Counted from the stretch's first letter, positions 9,461 through 16,204 are shown. The stretch is DNA of 52,368 nt from a virus (IMGVR_UViG_3300028591_008384); one strand, 5' to 3'. Numbers and translations: made by a program. The notes: generated from the sequence alone by a model not told the origin.

Positions 9461-10954
9461 TTAAGCCACATTTCTCAGCAGGTCGTCCATTCCCATGTGC
9501 CACAGGCACCACGCCGGCACCTCGCCGGCCCCGTTTCCCATCTTCACGATACAGATTTTCCCTATGTCGCGGGGACGGGTCCAGTCGAACTCGCAGTCCG
9601 TCAGGTACACGATGCCGTCATAGACCAGGTGTTCCCTTTCCAGGCGGTCAAGCACGCACTGCGGATTTGTCATGCCACCACCGAATACGTCCGTCTCGAA
9701 CGCGGTCTTGGGGTCATGTATGATTTCGGAGCAGATGCCGTCCCAGTAGCACAGGTCGAGCGCGGCATCCCCGATGAAGTTGTTCACCGTCTCGAAGCAC
9801 TTGTTCACCAGGTTCATGCTGAGCATGGAACCGGAAACGTCCACCGCGAACAGTATCTTCGGCTTGTCCTTCTTGCGCACATGGCCGGGCGCGATTGTGC
9901 CGTACCGGCGCAACACCAGGTTAGGCATAGACCAGGTCTGGCGCGTCGATGCGCCGAAGTTGCTCGTCATGAACATCCTGAACACGCTTGCCGCGTTCAC
10001 ATGGACACGGTTGGCCTCCTGGATTGCAAGGGGAACCTTGCCGGATAGGCCACCCTGGCCACTTGCGAACTGGGCCGATGCCACATCGCGGATATTGTCG
10101 GAAGCATCCGAGTCGTTACCCCAGTCCTTCATGTCGGCAGGGGCGCTGTTCGGGTCGAACATCTGCTGGATTGCCTGGTAGGATTCGCTCTTCTCGCCAT
10201 TTCCTTCACCGGAACTGTCGGCCTGTCCTTCACCGGAACCTTCCCCCTCGCTTTCTTCGCCGTCGGAGTCGTCGGATTCCCCGTTGCTGCCACCGCCGCT
10301 CTGGTTCTCCCCGTCTTCCTCATCCTCGCCATCGCCACCGGATTCTCCCTCGTGGTTCGGGCTGCCGTCTTCTTCATCGCCGTCTTCGCTCTCGTCGCTG
10401 TCCCCCTGGCCACCGTTGTCCTGTTCGCCGTCCGGGTTCTCCTCCTCGGTCTCGTTCTTGGATTCCTCCTGGGCCTGCATGAGCAGGTCGAACACCTTTT
10501 CGAGGGTGAGGTCCTTGACAGGATCGAAGCCGGCAGCGTCGAACTTGTCGGCATACGCCCAGATGCTCGGGAACAACTGGCCCACGATGGCGGAGTTGTC
10601 CCCCGCAGTCGTATCGACCACGTTACGGGCGTACTCGTAGACCACCAGGTCACTGGCGAGCCTGAACATGGCCTCCGGCATCTTTACACGGGTATCGCAA
10701 TGGTGCAGGGCTATCCTGAGGCAGTTGGCGTACACTACGGCACCGAGCAGGGACGGTTCCATCGCGTTGACGAACCAGTCACTGTATTCGAGATACGGTT
10801 GCCCGTCGGTGCATCCCACTCGCATCGTCACCGACTTGTCGCTCGTCATGCGCTTTTCGAGCATGATGTAGAACCCGAGCAGGATAGGCGCCCGGTTGGA
10901 CATCAGTGTCGCGGCATGGGACAGCTTGCCCTGTATTTCGGCCTCGTCAAACAT
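9461..10954 (-). CDS. VWA-domain protein with N-terminal DUF2201-like domain (probable MoxR partner)
   Basis: MIDAS DVSGSM, GGGMT, YLTD; long acidic D/E/G/S linker; LHH remnant of metallopeptidase motif. Confidence 0.85.
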   Translation of the reverse strand: MFDEAEIQGKLSHAATLMSNRAPILLGFYIMLEKRMTSDKSVTMRVGCTDGQPYLEYSDWFVNAMEPSLLGAVVYANCLRIALHHCDTRVKMPEAMFRLASDLVVYEYARNVVDTTAGDNSAIVGQLFPSIWAYADKFDAAGFDPVKDLTLEKVFDLLMQAQEESKNETEEENPDGEQDNGGQGDSDESEDGDEEDGSPNHEGESGGDGEDEEDGENQSGGGSNGESDDSDGEESEGEGSGEGQADSSGEGNGEKSESYQAIQQMFDPNSAPADMKDWGNDSDASDNIRDVASAQFASGQGGLSGKVPLAIQEANRVHVNAASVFRMFMTSNFGASTRQTWSMPNLVLRRYGTIAPGHVRKKDKPKILFAVDVSGSMLSMNLVNKCFETVNNFIGDAALDLCYWDGICSEIIHDPKTAFETDVFGGGMTNPQCVLDRLEREHLVYDGIVYLTDCEFDWTRPRDIGKICIVKMGNGAGEVPAWCLWHMGMDDLLRNVA

Positions 10955-11160
10955 TAGTCCTTCTTGAACACGATCCTAATCGGGTTGAAGCACTCGAACA
11001 CATCGCTGAACTCTTCCTTAGCAATCTCCATGAACGGGTCGTCTCCCTTGCCATACTTGACGAGGGTGCTACCGGTTGCAATGAGCAGGAAGCACGGGAG
11101 GGAGAACAGGAAGAATGCCCCCAGGATGATGAACATGATGATTTTGACAATGAGTTTCAT
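10954..11160 (-). CDS. small membrane protein
   Basis: MKLIVK start, GGAGG RBS, long hydrophobic N-terminus. Confidence 0.7.
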   Translation of the reverse strand: MKLIVKIIMFIILGAFFLFSLPCFLLIATGSTLVKYGKGDDPFMEIAKEEFSDVFECFNPIRIVFKKD

Positions 11161-11173
11161 ATTTCCTCCACGC

Positions 11174-11431
11174 CTAGTATTTCCAGGCATCGTTCATTTT
11201 GCCCGCAAAGAATTCATAGGGTTTGCGGATTACTCCGAGCTTTTCCTTCTCGGCCTTGGAGATACGGCGGAACGGGTCCTCCTCCAACTTGGACGACACG
11301 TATTCCACCTCGTAGTTCATGCAGACCTGCTTGGTGAAGTATTCGTTGAAATCGTCACCGGGCATCTGGCAGAAAGTGATGTATTTCTGCGGGTCTCCCG
11401 GCTTACGGTAGATTACTGATATTGTGTGCAT
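11174..11431 (-). CDS. hypothetical protein
   Basis: 85 aa ORF. Confidence 0.7.
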   Translation of the reverse strand: MHTISVIYRKPGDPQKYITFCQMPGDDFNEYFTKQVCMNYEVEYVSSKLEEDPFRRISKAEKEKLGVIRKPYEFFAGKMNDAWKY

Positions 11432-11589
11432 GGTGCATCCTCATCTGCTTCATACCTCCAGCAGACAGAGTTCGGGTTGTCTATTTCGCTGTTAGTTGGG
11501 TCATTGAAGTGACTGCCAAAGGAACAATCATTCCAGAATGCCCTGAGACAGTCGTCGCGGTGCTTGCAGAGCTTATACTGCCTGTCCAT
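11413..11589 (-). CDS. small Cys-rich hypothetical protein
   Basis: MDRQYKLC start with AGGAGG RBS, 58 aa. Confidence 0.6.
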   Translation of the reverse strand: MDRQYKLCKHRDDCLRAFWNDCSFGSHFNDPTNSEIDNPNSVCWRYEADEDAPCTQYQ

Positions 11590-12103
11590 CCTTGGCCTCC
11601 TTTTCCCAGTCGATCCATTCGCCGTCATCGCGCTTGAACTCGTTGTCGTACCATTCATGGCGGAGCTTCACACAATAGTTTCCCGGGCGCTTGCTTTCGC
11701 GGACGGCAGCCTTGATTGCCTGATCGCGGTCGCTGTAATTGATTGACATTTCGTCAAGCATCCCGCCCACGTCATCATACTGGAAGGATACTATATACAC
11801 TTCGTTAGTCCTGCAATGGCTTTTCATCATCTTGCAGTAGTCATCGAAGTGCTTGCGCAAGTCTTCCTGCAATTCCGCATGGAACGTGTCCAACCAATCC
11901 GAATAATCCATGGCAGCATACCGCTGGTCGCCAATTTCTCGATGATAGTGTTTGCAGACACACTGCTTTGCCTGTTCTTCGGTGAAAATGTAGACCCTAG
12001 CGGCATTCGGCTCCACGCCACAACCAGGGTCATACCAGCAGCGCACCTTGCCGTTACCGAGATGATAGCGACTGCCGCATGTAAGACAGCACTTGTTATT
12101 CAT
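11573..12103 (-). CDS. hypothetical protein with N-terminal Cys cluster
   Basis: 176 aa ORF; CCLTC..C..C..C. Confidence 0.75.
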   Translation of the reverse strand: MNNKCCLTCGSRYHLGNGKVRCWYDPGCGVEPNAARVYIFTEEQAKQCVCKHYHREIGDQRYAAMDYSDWLDTFHAELQEDLRKHFDDYCKMMKSHCRTNEVYIVSFQYDDVGGMLDEMSINYSDRDQAIKAAVRESKRPGNYCVKLRHEWYDNEFKRDDGEWIDWEKEAKDGQAV

Positions 12104-12348
12104 TATTGAATTTCCTCAGATACATTGTCTAGCGCCTCCACTGCCTTGCTGTGGCTGCATAAATCGTCCAGGTTGAACGGGCCAAGAAGGGTCACCAGGG
12201 CCATCACGCGGGCCTTCGGGGGCACCAGGTTCAAGTGTTTATTGTAACGGATACAGGCATCCGACCTGCTCTTTGCATGCACTATGATGAACGGAGTGAC
12301 AAATGTCCTGTCGTTATCGTTGAATGTCCCGACAAGGTATTTCAACAT
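12103..12348 (-). CDS. hypothetical protein
   Basis: MLKYLV start, GAGGTGG RBS. Confidence 0.7.
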   Translation of the reverse strand: MLKYLVGTFNDNDRTFVTPFIIVHAKSRSDACIRYNKHLNLVPPKARVMALVTLLGPFNLDDLCSHSKAVEALDNVSEEIQ

Positions 12349-13031
12349 GCTTCCACCTCGATTGCGTTTGTGCATTTCTTGTAGGCGGCCTCCGAATCCT
12401 TGGCCATTACAGTCACTGTTTCCTTTACAAGTCCCTTCCGCAGGCTCTTCTTCCTTGCCTTCATTTCGTCGGCAGAAAGGTAGCGGGTCACCTTGTAGGC
12501 ACGGTCGTCGCGGTCGTCGCGGAACAGTTCGGCCATCCGGTCGAACTCCTCGTCGCTAATTTCCCTGAACTGCATGTTCCTCAAGGTGTTGTAGTCGAGA
12601 ACGTAATGGAACTGACGGTCCAGGATGTCCTGGCATGCCATTTCGATGTACCCGCGGCCATACATCTGGTTTACCGCATGGATATATGTGACATGGAGGA
12701 ACTTCTTGGAGTTCCGGTACACGGGAACTCCCCGGAAATGGTAGGAGTTATCCCGGTATTCACGAGAATACAGGGACATCGGTTCGCAGGTGGAATAGAA
12801 CCCGCAGTCATCGACGACATCCTGGTAAGCGATAATCTCCTTGTCCATCAGGATGAAGTTCTTGCCGATGAACTTCTTGAAGAACCTGCCGACAAACCGG
12901 TCACGATCGGATGACCAGTAGTTATCCTTCTTCTTAATCTGCTCGTATTTCTCGTTTCTAGAGTCATCGTGGTTATCGAAAGTATCGATTACCCGTTTCA
13001 CGGATTCTTTGTCCAGCATGTCATATTTCAT
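12342..13031 (-). CDS. hypothetical protein (probable leaderless mRNA)
   Basis: 229 aa ORF, ATG 6 nt after -10. Confidence 0.8.
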   Translation of the reverse strand: MKYDMLDKESVKRVIDTFDNHDDSRNEKYEQIKKKDNYWSSDRDRFVGRFFKKFIGKNFILMDKEIIAYQDVVDDCGFYSTCEPMSLYSREYRDNSYHFRGVPVYRNSKKFLHVTYIHAVNQMYGRGYIEMACQDILDRQFHYVLDYNTLRNMQFREISDEEFDRMAELFRDDRDDRAYKVTRYLSADEMKARKKSLRKGLVKETVTVMAKDSEAAYKKCTNAIEVEAC

Positions 13032-13037
13032 ACGTTG

Positions 13038-13066
13038 AATATAGCAAAAAAGGCCCCCCGTGGCAA
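13038..13066 (-). promoter_or_regulatory. sigma70-like early promoter fused to a terminator
   Basis: TTGCCA-N17-TATATT; the -35 is the terminator loop. Confidence 0.85.
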
Positions 13067-13075
13067 CGGGGAGCC
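13046..13075 (-). terminator. intrinsic terminator closing the ncRNA island
   Basis: GGCTCCCCG-TTGCCA-CGGGGGGCC-TTTTTT. Confidence 0.85.
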
Positions 13076-13079
13076 TTCC

Positions 13080-13395
13080 TGAACAACGAAGTATCTACCA
13101 GTTAGGAAGCGTCTTAAAAGTTGGCAGCGCTTTTCCACTACTCAGTCACCACGCAAGGTCTAGTTATGCGATTGGACGCCGGCTTTGACGGACTGGTTAC
13201 CGTCACGAAGTCCGGCGGGATCCCTTTCATCCACCTACCCGTTATCCCGGCACGACGGGGTGTTCCTATTGCTAGGCGGTTTCTACTCGCTGCTGCTCTC
13301 TGACGTTGTTAGTGCCGGTGGAACCATAGCGTCCCGGTCCTTCAATGCGCCGTAGGGACCGGATTGGGCGAGTACGCTGCCGAGAAACCTCTCAG
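13080..13395 (-). ncRNA. unassigned ~310 nt pseudoknotted structured RNA
   Basis: GGTTTCT/AGAAACC, TACTCG/CGAGTA and TCCGGTCC/GGACCGGGA stems; crossing pairs CGGCAC/GTGCCG and GGCAGCG/CGCTGCC; no plausible ORF. Confidence 0.6.
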
Positions 13396-13397
13396 GC

Positions 13398-13577
13398 TCA
13401 ATCATCATACCAGTAGTCAGGCTTCTTCAAGAGCTCGGTCATGCGGCGCTCTCGGGCGACCTTCTTGAGGTCGATGCCGGCGCACCTGGCGAAACTCTTT
13501 GCCGCTTTTGCCTGTTTGTTCCAGCGGGCATTCTTTTGCTCCTGGGTTTCCTCGATATACTCTTTCTTCTCTTTCAT
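13398..13577 (-). CDS. small basic protein (59 aa, absent from the ORF track)
   Basis: MKEKKEYIEE...PDYWYDD*, GGAG RBS. Confidence 0.7.
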   Translation of the reverse strand: MKEKKEYIEETQEQKNARWNKQAKAAKSFARCAGIDLKKVARERRMTELLKKPDYWYDD

Positions 13578-13598
13578 GATTTCTCCATTTAATCTTAG

Positions 13599-13674
13599 TA
13601 TCCGCGGCAGGGCTCGAACCTGCGTAAATCACCTCTTTAGGAGAGAGGGGCCATTCCAACTTGACGACACGGAC
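13599..13674 (-). tRNA. tRNA-Arg(CCT)
   Basis: GTCCGTG/CGCGGAT acceptor; CCTCT-CTCCTAA-AGAGG anticodon arm; GCAGG-TTCGAGC-CCTGC T arm. Confidence 0.9.
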
Positions 13675-13692
13675 AAACTACATCAAAATAGA

Positions 13693-13771
13693 AGGTGCAA
13701 CGTGCACAGGAATTCAGCTCTCGGCACGCTCGACGCTCATCACGCTCCTCGGGATTTTAATCCTTGCACCT
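13693..13771 (-). ncRNA. unassigned ~80 nt structured RNA with box C/D-like motifs
   Basis: AGGTGCAA/TTGCACCT closing stem; GTGATGA...CTGA inside. Confidence 0.4.
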
Positions 13772-13779
13772 AAACAGGA

Positions 13780-13902
13780 AGCTCGGTGGCGCATTACCGG
13801 CCTTCCCCGAACGGTACGCCGGCCATTATTCCGCAACTTATGCTACTGCACTGGCCCCAAAGGATCTACCTGCGGGCTTACTTCCATCATCTCCACCGAG
13901 CT
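13780..13902 (-). ncRNA. unassigned ~120 nt structured RNA
   Basis: AGCTCGGTGG/CCACCGAGCT 10-bp closing stem; internal GGCCGG/CCGGT and GCC pairings. Confidence 0.5.
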
Positions 13903-13906
13903 CGTT

Positions 13907-14155
13907 TTAATCAGTTTCCTTCAAATCGCCAATGGCCGACATTACGGCGCCAGCAACACTCTTGATCTCTTGCTGGTTGTGCGTGTACAAAAGGTTCTCG
14001 TACTTGTCCAACTGAGAGTTGATGCTGGCAAGGACATCCTTCAACGTGGCCATCGGCCCGTACACCCTTATCAGGTCGAGGACCATTCCCTTGTGTTCCT
14101 TGGCGGAACAGAAGATTTCAAGGTCATTGTGAAATTCGTGTCTATCAGTAGCCAT
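13907..14155 (-). CDS. hypothetical protein
   Basis: MATDRHEF start, GGAGG RBS, 82 aa. Confidence 0.75.
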   Translation of the reverse strand: MATDRHEFHNDLEIFCSAKEHKGMVLDLIRVYGPMATLKDVLASINSQLDKYENLLYTHNQQEIKSVAGAVMSAIGDLKETD

Positions 14156-14177
14156 TTTTCCTCCATTAAAAGTAATC

Positions 14178-14262
14178 GACGCACGGCTTCCGGATTCCAA
14201 CACCGGGTTTCCTCCCGAATACAGGGAGGCGTCCTATGGAAATTAGACGATACCTATGCGCC
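14178..14262 (-). ncRNA. degenerate tRNA-like element (Glu-type body, 9-nt anticodon loop)
   Basis: TCGTCTAA..AGGAC D arm; CCTCC-CTGTATTCG-GGAGG; T loop TTGGAAT; irregular acceptor. Confidence 0.5.
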
Positions 14263-14325
14263 GTCTGCTTACCGAATGCGCCAGATGTTATCCATGGTTC
14301 ACCAGGCGCCCGTTGGGCAAATTCA

Positions 14326-14401
14326 TGGACGGTCTGGGACTCGAACCCAGGGCCAAGAGGTTATGAGTCTCCCGCTCGCATACCAACCGAGCTCACCGTC
14401 C
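14326..14401 (-). tRNA. tRNA with CAT anticodon (Ile2 or elongator Met)
   Basis: GGACGGT/ACCGTCC acceptor; loop CTCATAA; CTGGG-TTCGAGT-CCCAG; lacks initiator hallmarks. Confidence 0.88.
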
Positions 14402-14420
14402 TGAATAACTGCATTATCAA

Positions 14421-14603
14421 ACTCGTGCTCGGGGACGCCTTGAACTGCCTCCTTCGACCGTTTTACACCGCCAACGACCGAGACTATCGGTGGAAACCTA
14501 TCGTAGACATCCAAGATGCTACCTGTAGGAACGGGCCCATTGTCGTTTCATCATCCTCCCCACGGGAGAACTCCACGTCCGTAAATTTCCCTGGTGCATG
14601 GGT
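14421..14603 (-). ncRNA. 6S RNA-like rod
   Basis: 183 nt; apical hairpin at the midpoint (14503..14522); AACGAC/GTCGTT, CTCC/GGAG and GGACGT/GCGTCC stems flank a central bubble. Confidence 0.6.
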
Positions 14604-14608
14604 ATATT

Positions 14609-14683
14609 AGTGCCTCCGGGAGGATTCTATCCTCCGATGCGAAGCTCTTCAGGCTTACGCTCTACCAATTGAGCTAGAGCCAC
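14609..14683 (-). tRNA. tRNA-Phe(GAA), atypical
   Basis: TAGCTCAATTGGTAGAGC D arm; loop CTGAAGA; non-canonical T loop ATAGAAT; 2 extra nt before the acceptor. Confidence 0.7.
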
Positions 14684-14689
14684 CAAAAT

Positions 14690-15342
14690 TTTGCCCATGC
14701 GTTTGACAGCCGCATTTTGCCTTTGCTAAGGGCAAAACCCGTTGGGCAACGGGTGCCGGTCTCCACTGTCCCTGTTGACCGAGCCGAGGGAAACTACCTT
14801 CACCGGGGTTGTCAATACCCCGCCAGGGTAGACGACATGGCGAACGGCGTATAGCGAGGAACTTCCGCGCCACTTGGCCCTATGATGGGCACCGTCCGCT
14901 GTATTTTTCCGATTTCCCACAGAGGCACGTCCTACGGGGGCAACTTCATGATTAGAAGTCCTAGCTTCATCGGGAAGCTTAACAAACTTGTTCGCCGAGA
15001 TTTTGCGCAAGCCCTCTCGGCGGGAATCACTCTGGGTAATCACTTCCAGTTTGGCATCGGGATGCCGCAGCGCTTTCCAATAGCTGCCGGAACGTCCCTC
15101 GGGACACTACGCCACTGTTCCGATGCGGCATGCCGTGCCCTAACCCGTCAGCACGGTAACGGTGCATTAGTCGCCACCGATTTCCGTGGCTTTCATGCAG
15201 ACCATGGCGTTAACCGCAGCCATGGATACGGGCCCCGCGACACGAGGTGCCACGGGAACATCTCCCTACCTGGCCAGAGGGCTGCATGTGTGGTTCTTTG
15301 TTTCCACCCGCACGGAATACTCTTTCAACCGGTAACCCGGCC
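14690..15342 (-). ncRNA. large (~650 nt) ornate structured RNA, unassigned
   Basis: >12 hairpins and domain closures, e.g. CATGCAG/CTGCATG, CGCCGAGA/TCTCGGCG, CCCGTTG/CAACGGG, TTTTGCC/GGCAAAA; flanked by tRNA-like elements. Confidence 0.6.
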
Positions 15343-15345
15343 AAT

Positions 15346-15427
15346 GTGCTACAGCAGGTTTCGAACCTCGCGTCTCTCGCGTCAGTTGCCCGAGGCGGGT
15401 GTGTTCAACCAACTACACTACGCAGCC
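15346..15427 (-). ncRNA. tRNA-like RNA (Asp-type body) with anticodon replaced by a GCAA hairpin
   Basis: TAGTGTAGTTGGTTGAACAC D arm; TTCGAAA T loop; anticodon loop C-TCGG-GCAA-CTGA-C. Confidence 0.75.
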
Positions 15428-15434
15428 TGTTTTT

Positions 15435-15560
15435 CTTCCATGTGTCCAGTATGTCGCCGTGCACTGCGACAATTAAAGTGTCTGGCTTCCTTGGTGGTGC
15501 CAGCGGCCCACGGGGTCCTTTCGCAGCCCACGCGGGAATACTCGGTTCAACCATTTCAGG
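15435..15560 (-). ncRNA. unassigned structured spacer RNA
   Basis: CTGGC/GCCAG and GTCGC/GCGAC hairpins between tRNA-like elements. Confidence 0.3.
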
Positions 15561-15566
15561 CTATTG

Positions 15567-15663
15567 CGACACATGGAGGATTCGAATCCCCGACTGCCCC
15601 GGCATTTGCTGCCGGTGGCCGTTTTACCTGCCAGGGAGCGACCCCAGCCAAAACTCATGTGCA
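15567..15663 (-). ncRNA. tRNA-like RNA with hairpin-extended anticodon arm and expanded D loop
   Basis: GCACAT/ATGTGT acceptor; TTCGAAT T loop; GGCA-GCAAA-TGCC in place of the anticodon; GGGG-TCGC-TCCC in the D loop. Confidence 0.65.
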
Positions 15664-15782
15664 CTGACCTTTCTTCCTACGTCAAGTAAGTCGCCATTGT
15701 TCCTTTGGCGCCCGTTGTTAAAAATGATACAGTCCTTTCTCACTGTGACCTAGCCTACTCGTTCGACCGCTTTCGCGACTAT

Positions 15783-15865
15783 TCGGATCAACTGGGACTT
15801 TAACCCAGAGCCTCCAACGAGGGTTGCCCCGGTCGGTGTTCTAGTCATTTGGAACTAAAGACCCG
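15783..15865 (-). ncRNA. tRNA-like RNA with anticodon replaced by a GCAA hairpin
   Basis: CGGGTC/GATCCG acceptor; GTTC/GAAC D stem; CCGAC-C-GGG-GCAA-CCC-TC-GTTGG; CTGGG-TTAAAGT-CCCAG. Confidence 0.7.
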
Positions 15866-15897
15866 CGACTTTCGGCTTAGACCTGTTCTATCCAAAA

Positions 15898-15975
15898 AAG
15901 ATTCGATGGTGCCCGGTTTAGAACCGGGAAAATCCCACGAAGTGGGCACCACCTTCACACCACCATCGAATTCTT
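15898..15975 (-). ncRNA. tRNA mimic with extended acceptor stem (YrlA/Y-RNA-like architecture)
   Basis: ~14-bp closing stem; CCCGG-TTCTAAA-CCGGG T arm; shrunken CCCAC-TTC-GTGGG arm. Confidence 0.5.
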
Positions 15976-15977
15976 AG

Positions 15978-16049
15978 TAGCAGGAACCGGACTCGAACCG
16001 GTGTCTAAGGGTTATGGGCCCTTCAAGGAACCAACTCCTCCATCCTGCA
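15978..16049 (-). tRNA. initiator tRNA-fMet(CAT)
   Basis: 1:72 mismatch, A11-U24, three G-C pairs in the anticodon stem (AAGGG-CCCATAA-CCCTT). Confidence 0.9.
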
Positions 16050-16066
16050 ACTAAAAACTCAACAGC

Positions 16067-16073
16067 GTTTATA
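16067..16073 (-). promoter_or_regulatory. putative late promoter inside the RNA island
   Basis: TATAAAC 18 nt upstream of the tRNA-fMet 5' end. Confidence 0.5.
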
Positions 16074-16079
16074 TTCTAG

Positions 16080-16153
16080 CTCCGAAGAACGGAATCGAAC
16101 CGCTAACCGTCACATTACAAATGTGCTGCTCTACCTGGTTGAGCTACTCCGGA
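16080..16153 (-). tRNA. tRNA-Thr(TGT)
   Basis: TCCGGAG/CTTCGGA acceptor; loop TTTGTAA; AGCGG-TTCGATT-CCGTT. Confidence 0.88.
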
Positions 16154-16204
16154 TTATTTAGCTGATAGGTGTTATTAGGCTATATCTTGGACCTAATTCC
16201 ACCT

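Noticed and set aside
10150-10470. Tandem repeat in the VWA gene
   Set aside because: It is a low-complexity acidic linker with no fixed repeat unit.
13080-13395. Calling this RNA RNase P (rnpB)
   Set aside because: The universally conserved P4 strands (GAGGAAAGUCC and ACCCGGCUUA) are absent; only S-domain-like words match.
15435-15560. SRP (4.5S) RNA from the AAGGAAGC word
   Set aside because: Lacks the paired CAGG/GGAAG/AGCAG domain-IV arrangement.
15720-15782. Additional Ser/Leu tRNA
   Set aside because: Only a D-arm-like fragment and one hairpin are present; no T arm or acceptor stem.
15346-15865. Anticodon inserts as tRNA introns
   Set aside because: They are too short for self-splicing and lack bulge-helix-bulge motifs. 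Excision gives a canonical U33 loop in only one of three cases (CT-CGG-AC).
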